NCBI GenBank assembly: GCA_048128005.1
Contig: JBEUKZ010000118.1
Location: 1-64,000 of the forward strand
Source: Veleropilina oligotropha
Lineage: Eukaryota
DNA: 64,000 nucleotides
Direction: 5' to 3'
Of the stretch, positions 35,220-46,023 are shown piece after piece. The notes under the pieces are model-generated. The model was not told where the DNA came from and did not search any database. It saw only the letters and a list, made by a program, of their open reading frames with translations. The number at the start of each line of letters is the position of its first letter. Position 1 is the stretch's first letter. Position numbers and translations under genes: made by a program.

Positions 35220-36494
35220 ATGGCTAAGAGCGCCTTTGCTTTTAATAGGATGGCGGCCTATCAGACCGGTGTGGTGTACCCAACCCATATAAAGGATGAG
35301 CAGCTTACAAAACCAAGCATCAATGTGGGTAATAGCTCAACCACTACATTCGGGGCAAACTACCCAGACGTCTTCCAAAAATACCGCCTCCCTCACGTCG
35401 CGAGTGACCGGCTAATACGGGATTGGAACAGCACGCCCATGCGGTTTTGGCAGAACAAGGTCAACTTCGCAGTATGGTGTGCTACAACAGGTTCCGGGGT
35501 ATCTGCAGAAGACCACTTGAATGCAACCGACCCCCTGACCAGAGCGGTATTCACCTTCCACGTCTACTATCAGATCAGAAGGGTATTGTCCGAAATTCAG
35601 GCGCCGCTGCCACAAGACATGGCGTGGGATGCATTCGACAACCCGTATGACCGCAGGGCATATGAGAAGATCTGCAGCGAATTTGGAGTGTCTCCACATA
35701 CCGACTGGCGAGTCGAGGGTCCCAATATAGGGCTCGGCACCGCTTACAACTACTGGACGAACAATGGCTACCACTCCATAGGGCACGAGTATGATCCCAG
35801 TTGGATGTCATTCACGAGAGAGAAGAGACTGCACGTGGACTATATAGCACAGGATGGCACTCATGGCTGGGCTTCGTTTATTCTGGACAAATCGGCGGGG
35901 TTTACCCAACCCGGTGTGGAAAGGCTCAATGATTCCATCAGGACCTACGTCTGGGCGATTCTTGGAGCACAGGCTCAGACACGTGCAAGTATTCTGGGTA
36001 GTGGTACAGCATTTGACGCGCAAAAGCAGTTTCTGTCAAACGTGGAAGATGCCATCTCATCTCCAGTTGACCTGCCATCAGCCATCAAACGGTACCAAGA
36101 TGTGCTACAGTATGCCAGATCCAAGGTAGACTTCGTCTTCGGCGTTGGCCTGTATATGGCGCCAAGTGACATGCTTCTACGAATCGGGCAGGTCGCTGGG
36201 TATAACAACAAAATCGTCGTTGCCACACAAGACCAGACACTAGGTCTTAATACAACCGTCAACACAGCCAATGTGCCGCCCCCCAACGCCACTGGGGAGA
36301 CTGGAGAAAAAGGACTGGTGATTCCACACGCAGTCTTACGGGCAGATGCAAGCATACCGGTAGTCACTCCGAAGCATCCAAACGCTGAGCCGGCTGTGGC
36401 CGCTGCCCCACATGACGAGGAGAAAACCGCACTCATCGTGGGTGGCGTTGTCGTTGGCCTAGCGTTTATTTGGCTTGCTTCACCCACTGGCTAG
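35220..36494 (+). CDS. Viral hypothetical protein with a C-terminal transmembrane anchor, 424 aa
   Basis: Intact ORF with an aromatic-rich globular region (FWQNKVNFAVWCATTG, FHVYYQIRR, RLNDSIRTYVWAILGAQ), a P/T/A-rich stalk and ALIVGGVVVGLAFIWL. Confidence 0.85.
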   Translation: MAKSAFAFNRMAAYQTGVVYPTHIKDEQLTKPSINVGNSSTTTFGANYPDVFQKYRLPHVASDRLIRDWNSTPMRFWQNKVNFAVWCATTGSGVSAEDHLNATDPLTRAVFTFHVYYQIRRVLSEIQAPLPQDMAWDAFDNPYDRRAYEKICSEFGVSPHTDWRVEGPNIGLGTAYNYWTNNGYHSIGHEYDPSWMSFTREKRLHVDYIAQDGTHGWASFILDKSAGFTQPGVERLNDSIRTYVWAILGAQAQTRASILGSGTAFDAQKQFLSNVEDAISSPVDLPSAIKRYQDVLQYARSKVDFVFGVGLYMAPSDMLLRIGQVAGYNNKIVVATQDQTLGLNTTVNTANVPPPNATGETGEKGLVIPHAVLRADASIPVVTPKHPNAEPAVAAAPHDEEKTALIVGGVVVGLAFIWLASPTG

Positions 36495-37145
36495 CGGCAA
36501 TAAGAAGCAAGCCCCCAACTGATATAATCACGGCCCACAGGTTTTCAGCAAGCCACGACGCTGTTTTGCCAACCAGGTTGATAAGCCAGGAAAGCAGGCT
36601 TCCAAGTATTCCTGGGAGTGCGGCGGCCGCCTTCCCTGCTAGTTTGCCCAGAATCCGACCCAAGTTCTGCAGCTGCTTTTTTACCCACTCGTTTATCCCT
36701 TGACCACTGGAAGGTGGTGGTGGTGGTGAGATGCTCGGCGCTCCGCCTGTTAGGGCTAGTACCAAAGTCGAGATAGCCAACCCAATCGCGGTGAGTATGG
36801 TCACAATCGTTACCCCCTGCTCGCGAAACAGGGTCCGGATACGCTCGGCCAGCGTCGTGTCTGAGTGGAGAATCCGACTGATCGTTTCTCGGATCCGGCT
36901 GATTTGAGAGCGAAGGGCATCCCGGCTGCCTCTAGGCGAGCTGCTCGTTCATCATTTAAGTCGCGCAAACGTTCCGCGATTCGTCGACGAACGAACTCTT
37001 CATCTGCCTGATCGAGCTTCCTTTTCTCCAGTGCTATGTGTTCGTCAAGCGCCGATAGTTTGGCTAGGTTGTTGGTTAGCTCGCCTCGAATTGTCTGCAT
37101 TGCCTTGCCAAGCCCACGAAGCTCACGAAGATTTAATGGAGCGCC
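36466..37145 (-). pseudogene. C-terminal part of a viral coiled-coil and membrane protein, frameshifted, 5' end missing
   Basis: PLNLRELRGLGKAMQTIRGELTNNLAKL..ERAARLEAA, a frameshift at ~36925, then RDALRSQISRIRETI..TLFREQGVTIVTILTAIGLAISTLVLAL..WLAENLWAVIISVGGLLLIAA. Confidence 0.7.
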
Positions 37146-37225
37146 TATGAATTAAAAGTGAAAATAACTCAAGTGGACCGGTTTTATTAATTATGGGTAA
37201 CAGACATATTGCCAAAAGAAATGTC
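37138..37225 (+). repeat. Direct copy of the sequence at ~24001-24089
   Basis: ggagc(g/a)cctatgaattaaaagt..ggaccggttttattaattatgggtaacaga..gccaaaagaaat occurs at both sites. Confidence 0.85.
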
Positions 37226-37552
37226 TTCAAGTTGGGCACTGCCGAAGATAACTTGGAAATTTCCGGAGTAAGAGCCACAGCATTACTATTTTAATATTTG
37301 ACATTAATGTCACATCGCATGCAATATTTATTTTCATATTCGACGAAACGTCTGCATGAATCGATGAGACGTCTGATGAATTGGGCTGATGAATTGGGTT
37401 GATCGAACTGAGTGGATGTTCACCAAAATGGCCGTCGTTTTATAAAAAAACAACAATGAATGTTCTTCAATTTTTAATCAAAACTTTTTATAATATCCTC
37501 CTATATGTAAGTATAGCATGTAAAGCCAATGTGCGATCATTAGGGGCAATAC

Positions 37553-37950
37553 TATGGAGTCGAATTGGTGCAAAAATTCTACATCCTACATGCTTTATTC
37601 TACATCCATCATTCATCATGCAACATTGTAAATTTCATTTGTTCAACTTTCATTATCCACTGTAAAAAATTTCATTTAAGAAAAATACGGTTATAAAATC
37701 AATATTTCTACAGTTAGAAGTATATAATTGATAGATGAAGCGGCTACAACTTCGAACTCGCATGTTCGTGTTGGCATGTTGAGGCTAGTATGTTGAGGCT
37801 GGCATGTTGAGGTTGGCAAGGTCGTGTTTCAAAGTCTATCATAATTTGCGTTCGTATTATGCTATATAAATTCAGCTAGATTGGCATAGATGGCGCTGCA
37901 GTGTTAAAGTGTTGAAACTAACCGCTCCCTAGCTGTCACTCGTCGCTGAG
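37553..37950. repeat. Right copy of the inverted repeat (partner at 27048-27418)
   Basis: Reverse complement of 27048-27418, with two extra ggcatgttgaggct-type units. Confidence 0.9.
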
Positions 37951-37952
37951 AG

Positions 37953-38480
37953 CCTCGCGTTGAACGAAAGGTAATATAATCTGTATCATGTACCGGGTAT
38001 GTTATGTTTAACAGCGGTGAATTGCCGTTATTGTTTTTATTTTAGACGAAATAATATAGGTTACTACGAATGTATGTTAAAGTGATCTATCATGCAGATA
38101 TTGCAGCGATAGATCATCTGATATCATACAGGGCGGACCGTAGCGAGTCAACATGTTCTGGTCAAATCGGACAGGGACGATTCGGTTCATTTTTTCATAA
38201 CATATTAATTATACGAAATATTTCAACATGTACGGGCGAGACAAAAAATGGAATCTCTCCGGTCCGAATTGACTCGGAATACATTAAGGCGCTTTGCGAC
38301 CACGTACATGGCCGACCTGGATCACTCCTAATTAAATCTGCATGATATATCACAATGACATACACTGGTAGTAGACTAGCCTATAGTATTTCGTCTAAAA
38401 CAAAAACAATAATGGCAATTCACCTCTGTTAAACATAACATGATACATGATACAGATATTACCTTTCGTTCAACGCGAGG
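37953..38480. mobile_element. MITE with ~110-bp TIRs
   Basis: cctcgcgttgaacgaaaggtaata...tttagacgaaata is mirrored by tatttcgtctaaaa...tattacctttcgttcaacgcgagg. Confidence 0.85.
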
Positions 38481-39020
38481 GTCGACTAATTACCCCAAAT
38501 TACCCAAATGTAATACCAATTACCCAAATTGACGCCACAATGAATAAAAATTAGGAAATACGGCTAATAATATTGTTCGAGGAACAATAGAATATACAAA
38601 TACAAAAAAATATTTATATTTTAAGTCTGTAGGCTAATATTTTCGATAAATGAGCATTTTTCCAATGATGAAATACGATAACAGGGGTGTGTCAAGGAAT
38701 TTGCGAAAGGGAGGCACGATTTTTTGCATCTGATATTATATTTCCGTTATTTATGTTTCAATGTGGAGCAATCCCGTTCGTTTGTCGAATGCGCGTTACA
38801 TCCTTTGTTGAAGGTCCTTGAGGGTAGCCATAAAACAATGATGGCATCTCGATATTTAACACGTATACGTATTGAGGACCTGAATCTTTCGCATTCACCC
38901 ATTATACCCCAAATGGTGTCTGAAATTGCTGGTTTGCTTGCCTCTCTCGGAAGACTAGGTGCCTCAAAAAGTGATGATGGAAAAGTGCAGAATTCATATT
39001 TGAAGGTTGGGGGGGGGGGG

Positions 39021-39212
39021 GGGGCAGCATGGCTGAGTGGATACGGTACTGGTCTACTAAACGGGAGGTCACCGGTTCAAGCCCCGGGGGTGCCGGGGAT
39101 TTTTCCTATGATCACTGCCTTCATTGCACACAGCACCAATTCATCTCATTCAAAGATGAATGACCTGATTTATAACTGAAGTACTGTCGGCGTGGTCGTT
39201 AAACATCAATTC
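39021..39212 (+). mobile_element. tRNA-derived SINE
   Basis: A box tggctgagtgg, B box ggttcaagccc, and a 3' end ggtcgttaaacatcaa. Confidence 0.65.
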
Positions 39213-39439
39213 ATCATTATCATCTTATTTGAACATTTCAGATGTGTCATCAAATTTACCATTGGCAGCAGTAGTTAGACGTTGGAATAGTGGTTTAGGA
39301 TCAATACGAATTGTTTCTCAATCAACTTTAGCACAGTGTTTTGAGCTCATTGTGATGATCTGATTTGATTTCTTAAAATTGTACTACAGTAGAACAGAAC
39401 TGTTTTTCGACCATGGATTCAATGATATGTGCGCTAACA

Positions 39440-39935
39440 TAGTGAGCTGTATCAGCATTCACAAAATGATAGCTGATTCAATGTTTCGTAGATAATGGCC
39501 TTCAACAAATGGCTTTCTTCCACAAAGAAATGATAAAAATGTGGTAATGTCCTTTTTGTCAAGTTCATTCCTGGTACTTGAAGACTCATTGTGTCGTTCG
39601 ATAGAATGATATCTTGTAGCTGTGAATTCTTGGAGAATGCCGACACTAAGAGGGGGAATTGAGATCATTACTTTTCATTCCTCGACCTTTCGTCAAGCCG
39701 CCTGATATTTTTATTCCTCTCATAAGAGTCGAACTTCTTAAGCACTTTATTACACGAAAGCCATGCCCAGTAGCGATCGCTTCTTCTTTGAAAATGATGA
39801 CCAGTTTGAACCTGGCATATGCATCTGGGTGTCCGGTGATCTTTTTTCCAGATCACACATTTTGATAGGTAAACGTTTTCTGAGTTTGCATATAAATTAG
39901 GCCAGCGGAAGCTAAATATATGGCAACGATGCATA
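39440..39935 (-). pseudogene. Degenerate DNA-transposase fragment (Academ-like, tentative)
   Basis: Across frameshifts it reads NLYANS..VYL, HPDAYARF, GHHFQRRSDRYWA and LMRGIKISGGLTKGRGMK. Confidence 0.45.
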
Positions 39936-40010
39936 AAATTAATGGTTTGTAACTGTAGAGCCCAATTACCTGTCCTTTCTGCTTTTATGAAACGACGTAG
40001 AATGGATATT

Positions 40011-40450
40011 CAGGCGCGGATCCAGGAATTTCGCTTAGGGGGGGGGGGGCGCTGAATTTACTATCAACTGTTCGCGTGGGGACGGGGCCCCACGCGAAAT
40101 AAAATTTTGAGAATCAACAGCCTGAAACCCCTGTCCTGCACTCTGAGAGGGCAAAAGCTGTATTTCATTCTAACTTTTTATGAACCACCGTCACTCAAAT
40201 AGCACGAGTCAAATTTGTACTTTATTTTGTCATAATCGAATTGTCCGTGTGGGTCGGCGCCCCACGCGCAAGATAATTTTGACAATTAACGATGTGAAAT
40301 CCCCCCTCCTGCATTATATCATCGCAACAGCCTATTTATAATGTTCCGAAAGTCATTTGTATCAGATTATACATATTATTTTAGTATGCTTGGTCAACTT
40401 TAGGGGGGGGGGCGCGCGCCGGGTGCGCCCTCCCCATGGATACGCACCTG
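40011..40450. mobile_element. MITE with CAGGCGCGGATCCA termini and 5-bp TSD ATATT
   Basis: atatt|caggcgcggatcca ... tggatacgcacctg|atatt. Confidence 0.8.
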
Positions 40451-42641
40451 ATATTATTTCAGAATACTGTATCGAAAGTTTTGCAGTGCGAGAGTGTTCA
40501 ACAGTGTTCAAGCTCTTTCTCCCAGCATCTGTTGATCAAATGTTTTATGAACATTATTTTGTCATATAGATTCCACTATAATTTCCGACTATATCAGTTG
40601 ATTGTAATACTCATGTATTTGTGCTCAATTTAATCTTATTGTTTAAATTCTATAGAGCCTTAATTGCTGATTAGTAGACTGCATAAACAAGCTTATTTCA
40701 GACACTAGGGGACAGTAGCGTCTTGAAATTCATGTATCTATTAACCGAAACTATTTGTAAAACTGAGAAACCTATTTATGTTGGATATTACGACCCAATA
40801 TCAACAAAAGTCGTCACTTGTTTATAATATACAATGGCCTCTATGGGCCTCCATACATAGAAACCGCTCGCAATCAAATGTTCTTTTTCAACACTATTTC
40901 TCTTTAATGTCGCTTCTACTTCATATTTTATTTTTCTAGCCCTTTATATATGTTCTCTTGTGAAGCAAATATATATATAAATATAAAGAGTATCGAAATG
41001 TTAGCACATAGTATACAAGTAAATTGTAAACATATAACGTACAGCGTAGCAGCCGAAAAAATAAATGCGACGTGAGTCAATGTTTCCTGGTACAATATAC
41101 ACATACATGTGTGCATCGCTATTCTAAAACACGTTTTAATGTTAAAAAAGTCTAATCAAATACATACGTATCGATACAACGTGATATAAATATTTTAAAG
41201 TGCATGGAAATATGACTTTTAGCTAATCATCCACTGCATGAATTACCTCCCTTTTCATGTATGGAAGTCGGCCACAAAATTGCTTTTGATGTAAATAATT
41301 GGAACTTTGATCGACAAATTACACATGTTCCCCCACCGATATCTCTTAATAGTTGTATATGTTGTTTATGTAGTTATTATAAACTGTTTCGCACAAACAT
41401 TGTTTCTGTTGCAATTAGTTTGATGTTAATTTGCAAATTGTCTGGACTATATATCCCGCGTTATACTCGGCAAGCCTCGGAAAATATGAAAATTAGTTAG
41501 ACTCGTTTCATAAATGTGATATTACATTACCACTCATATGAGATCCTCTATTTATATTCTAGAAATTTTATGCTGAAAAGGGAGACAACTCAAAAATACT
41601 AAAATCCATGAAACAGATTCCGACTGAAAGCGCTGTATATTTTATACTTGACCTTGAAATTAGCATTATACACTATTTGTTTTATTTTTTCACCAATGGT
41701 TAATACAGATGCAGCAATCGTTCAACTATAATGCGGTGTCAAGCTAGTAAGTAAGGCCAAATTCAAAGATATGGTAATATATCTTATATATCGGACAATT
41801 CTTTGAATATGACAAGCAGTCCACACCCTGTATTATTTGTCGGTGACATTTTTATCAGACAATTCATTTATTTTACTGCCAACAATTACTCGCATATGTA
41901 TTTACAAGCATCTATTTATCATCTTCAGTGAATAATGATTTTACTCATGAAAATCACACTTTGTCAAATTATGATGATCTTGCTTTGCCGATATGTAATA
42001 TTCAAGATTGACATATGGGCATAATTTTCCTTAATATATTCATTCACTCTACTGATCTTACATCCGCATGTACAAATAAGTCATTCTAACGCTGAAAAAG
42101 TTTGTAATGGACTAAGATTTGTTGATTAGCAGTGGATTCTCCTGCACAGATAGCAATGTTGTACAATATACAGCCTGATGCAAGTCATTCTACTAGTATG
42201 TAAAACACCAAAGTGCTTATTTTGGATATCAGTGCTGATTTTGCATTGTATACATAAGGAATATATTATCATTTACACAGCAAAGGCCCTATTTCAAAGG
42301 CAGTTAGCAACTTTCATTACCAAATTTGCAATTTTATTGCACTGTGCATGTATAAACCACACTGATATTGACTAAAATGACGGTCACTGGCCGATCAGTT
42401 CAACGCTATGCATATATCTCCTAGTGAAGTTACTTAAAATGTTCTCCAAAATGGACAAGATTCCCATACAACCTTTATTTCTCTAAAAATGATATCAAAT
42501 TGTTAGCATTGCACTCCTACCAGCTATTGTCTATTTTATCAACCCATGAAAACCATGTCAAATCCCAGAATTTCGCTAGGCTGTCCTTTTTAAATCTGGT
42601 CATGTTTGCTGCTGGGCAATATCTGCACATCAATGTGATAC

Positions 42642-43635
42642 TTTTTGTCTCGCCCGAAGGGAAAGAGACTATAGGTATTGCTTTTTTGTCGTCGGCGGCG
42701 GCGGCGTCAACAATTGTTAAAGTTTTGCGCTTAGCTCTGTTTCTCAAAAAGTATAATATCTCGATCAACATAACTTGGACCATAGATGCTTCATGGGTAC
42801 TGTTATGTACCGAATGCTTCGGATACTTGATATATAACCTCCTAGATTTTATGTACCGTGACTTTGTAATCATTGTAATCTGTGTTAAGTTTTTACGTTA
42901 AGGTTTTGCGTTTAGCTCTGTTTCTCAAAAAGTATATGTTCTAGATCAACATAATATGGACTATAGATGTTTCATAGGTCCTGTTGTGTAATGAATCCTT
43001 TGGATGGTTGATATTTTACCTAGATATTATGTACTGTGACTTTGTAATCATAGTAATCTGTGTTAAGTTATTACGTTAAGTTTTTGCGTTTAGCTCTATT
43101 CCTCAAAAGGTATGTGTTCCAGATCAATGAAACTTAGACCATACATGTTTCATAAGTGTATGAGATGAGGGAAGCACATACATGTTAATCCTTCTGATTC
43201 GTCCCCCCCTCACCCCCCCCCCTCATGCCCACCCCACCCCCCCAAAAAAATATGAAGAAGTTACATGATTTTTTTTTTTCGCTACACCTACACACTAGAG
43301 CAGTTATTCTGAAAAGTTTAATTATGCATTGACATATTGAGGATAGAAAAGTAACAGAGATATATTCCTTTTTTTGTTAATTTACTATGTAAGTATTATG
43401 TGTGTACGATAAAAGGGACATATGCTTATCTGTAAGACTTGCTCACTGCCAATAGGCATAGTAAGCTGTTAAGCTTAATGGTCTTTCTGAGAAGCTGGGA
43501 TTATCAAAATTAGATGAATTTTGAAAACTGGCTTCCCCATTGGTTTATTCCATGGGTATCCAATGAGATGGCAGTATATATTGCCATTGCAAGAACAGAT
43601 TGTATCCAGTGTCTAATATCACCCTCCTGAAGCGG
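42642..43635 (+). mobile_element. HINE-like element with ~180-bp internal repeats; inverted relative at ~53640-54350
   Basis: Starts tttttgtctcgcccgaagggaaagagac followed by (cgg)n. ttagctctgtttctcaaaaagtat recurs. 43280-43630 is the reverse complement of ~53640-53990. Confidence 0.65.
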
Positions 43636-43769
43636 TCAGGATTCAAATTATTGTATGATACAATAACATTGCAATTTAATTACCTATGATGAGGACACAA
43701 CCCTAACAATTTTCATCTTTTTTAATTCAAGATGGATGTCAACAGTTGTAATCTGATTTCATATGCACA

Positions 43770-44164
43770 TTATTATATCCGCGAACAATAGTCGGGGATA
43801 GTATAGTTTATACATCGTTCCACCGGCGCAGAGATTACTTGTGTGCGCCCTACAGTGAAAAGTTCAAATCCGATTTGATTTAAATTTGGTATGCATGTTA
43901 TTTATGATGAGGACACTTCAGATAACGATTTTCGTCATCTTCGAATGAAAGGTGGCTGCCGTGGCGGTCATATTTTTGTTTGGAGAGATTTCTTGTGAGC
44001 GCTCTACAGTGAAAATTTGTAATCACATTTGATCCAAATTTGGTATACGCTTTTGTTATGATGAAGACAAGCCGCCTAATGATTTTCTTCGTTTCAGATC
44101 GATTTTTGCTGCCGTGGGCGGGGATACACCCCCTCGACTTGCTGGGTCGAGAATTCGCTAGTTT
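43770..44164 (+). mobile_element. Short HINE-like element
   Basis: Starts ttattatatccgcgaacaatagtcggggata and ends with the hairpin ctcgac..gtcgag followed by ctagttt. Confidence 0.5.
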
Positions 44165-44705
44165 ATGATGAGGGCACAATTAACATCTGACCAATTCTTA
44201 TTAATTTCAAAGGCAACAACATACTGAATATAATTAAGAAAGCATAAAGTGTGATGCAAACATATAAACCTGAAAATATATAAAAATGTATTCATTGGAT
44301 ACTGGATATAATCCTATATATTTCAGTATCCATTGTCTTTCTCAGTATCATCATATGAGTTTCTTTTTTGAGCAACATTTCCCACTGGCAAATTACTTTT
44401 GATGCGATTCATAGCAGTATTGCAGATACAGAGAATCTCCAACAGGTAAGCCATATTTTTGTATGACAATGTATTTTCTGAAATATAATAAATACTAAAT
44501 TTAATTTTAATTGTATACCATGCTGATGCAAATTCATTATGGCTATGGCAACTTATTGTAAAGTTGAAAGGGATAGGGTGTTTGACGTTTTAAGTTAAAA
44601 GTTTACTTTGCACCTATATGTATACATGAACATTCATTATTATATATACCTGGATCACTGAAGTATTTTTTATCTTCATTGCAGACAATCTCAACATAGC
44701 TGAAT

Positions 44706-45155
44706 ATGGATAAAATCTCGCCAATACTAGCAAACCTTGAAACAGTGGAGCTTCAAATTCTTGGTTCTTTGTTTAAAATAAAATCGAACAAGGTAAATGA
44801 TGGAGTTCATGATCTAGAATGGACAGCTAGACGCCTGAAAGGAATGGTGAAATCCTTAAAATGTAAACTTGACCCTGTTCAAGAAGAGCTTGAAAAGCTG
44901 AGAAAAGAAAATAAACAAACGAAAGAGGAAAATGCGTCGTTAACGAAGAAATTAGCAGAATGTAAGACCACGGAGGAAAAATTCAAGGACACTATACAAG
45001 ATTTAGACGAAAGACTAGCAGATTCTCAATGCATGCTGGCATCATTTCAAGCAATTGAAAATACCCCTGCTGAATTCAACGACAGTGGAATAACAATTGA
45101 ACCATTTACTGTTGAATCCCAGGAGTTGTTTAAAGCACCATTAAATCCGCAATAG
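44706..45155 (+). CDS. Coiled-coil protein, 149 aa; possibly the terminal exon of a Helentron accessory gene
   Basis: Heptad-rich ELEKLRKENKQTKEENASLTKKL, an acceptor ttcattgcag just upstream, and the same strand as the RepHel gene 0.9 kb downstream. Confidence 0.5.
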   Translation: MDKISPILANLETVELQILGSLFKIKSNKVNDGVHDLEWTARRLKGMVKSLKCKLDPVQEELEKLRKENKQTKEENASLTKKLAECKTTEEKFKDTIQDLDERLADSQCMLASFQAIENTPAEFNDSGITIEPFTVESQELFKAPLNPQ

Positions 45156-46023
45156 TTAATAATAACTGAAAATACCAGTAAATAATTAAACGTATTTATG
45201 AAACTAAAAGCGTACGTCTTCAACATCTCAGATAAAACCTAATACAATATAAACAATATTCAATATATAATTTATAAAGATGCAATTTTTATTATTATTA
45301 TTTGTAACTAATAACATTATAAACGTTTCAGTTATTCGCAAGTACGTAAGTATGTACACCTTTTGGATGTTGATACATTCTGTACCCTCACATATAATTA
45401 ATATCCAAACGGCATAAATGTTTTCCATTTGATGCAAATTTATACTAATTAGCATTTAGTTTCAAGTTTCACAGTCGCCAAATGTAATTGAATTGCACAT
45501 GTTAATTATGCAGTTTTTCTGGATAACATAACAAAATCCAGTTGACAGTGGATCGATCAGTCATGACAGTCGTTGCAATACATGTACGACTAGTCACAAA
45601 CCTATTACCCCTGTCGAGAATTCACATGGGAATTTTAATATTTAATAACGAAAAGAATACTATGTTTCTAATACATGTAATTGGCAGTATAGATTATTCT
45701 ATTATGTGTCACAAACCTAGCATGCAACACGATTAATTTTGATATTTTCCAAAATATATCTTTGAATATAAGAAATATCAGTATCATAATGATGACACAC
45801 TTTTTATTTTGTCGTTAAAAGTAAAGACATGTATCTTGTTTTTTCTCTCGCTTGTCATATATTTACTAATATACATATATATGTCTCAGTTTAGCTTAAA
45901 CACTGAGTTATTATTGACCATTGAAATTAATTGATAGCGGAAAAATTAAAGCTGCCTCATCGTATCTAGTATAAATTCAGGAAAGATTTTCCTTGCACAG
46001 CATTTGATTTTCAATACTAATTC

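Larger units (their letters stand above)
28310..37145. mobile_element. Endogenous Polinton/Maverick-like DNA virus, partial and decaying
   Basis: Abrupt GC-rich, intronless, gene-dense island encoding an rve integrase, an A32-like ATPase, a capsid-sized protein, a PolB-like/helicase remnant and small membrane proteins. Confidence 0.88.

Noticed and set aside
28255..36703. Many overlapping opposite-strand ORFs in the GC-rich island (for example 28284-28820, 31610-32122, 32854-33423, 34121-34702, 35975-36487)
   Set aside because: They are shadow frames of motif-bearing genes in GC-rich DNA.
28310..37145. Bacterial or phage contamination, or a chimeric join
   Set aside because: The integrase and ATPase are of eukaryotic Polinton type, the genes carry decay lesions, host repeats abut both sides, and a second copy occurs at 63678. 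A read-level check is still advisable.
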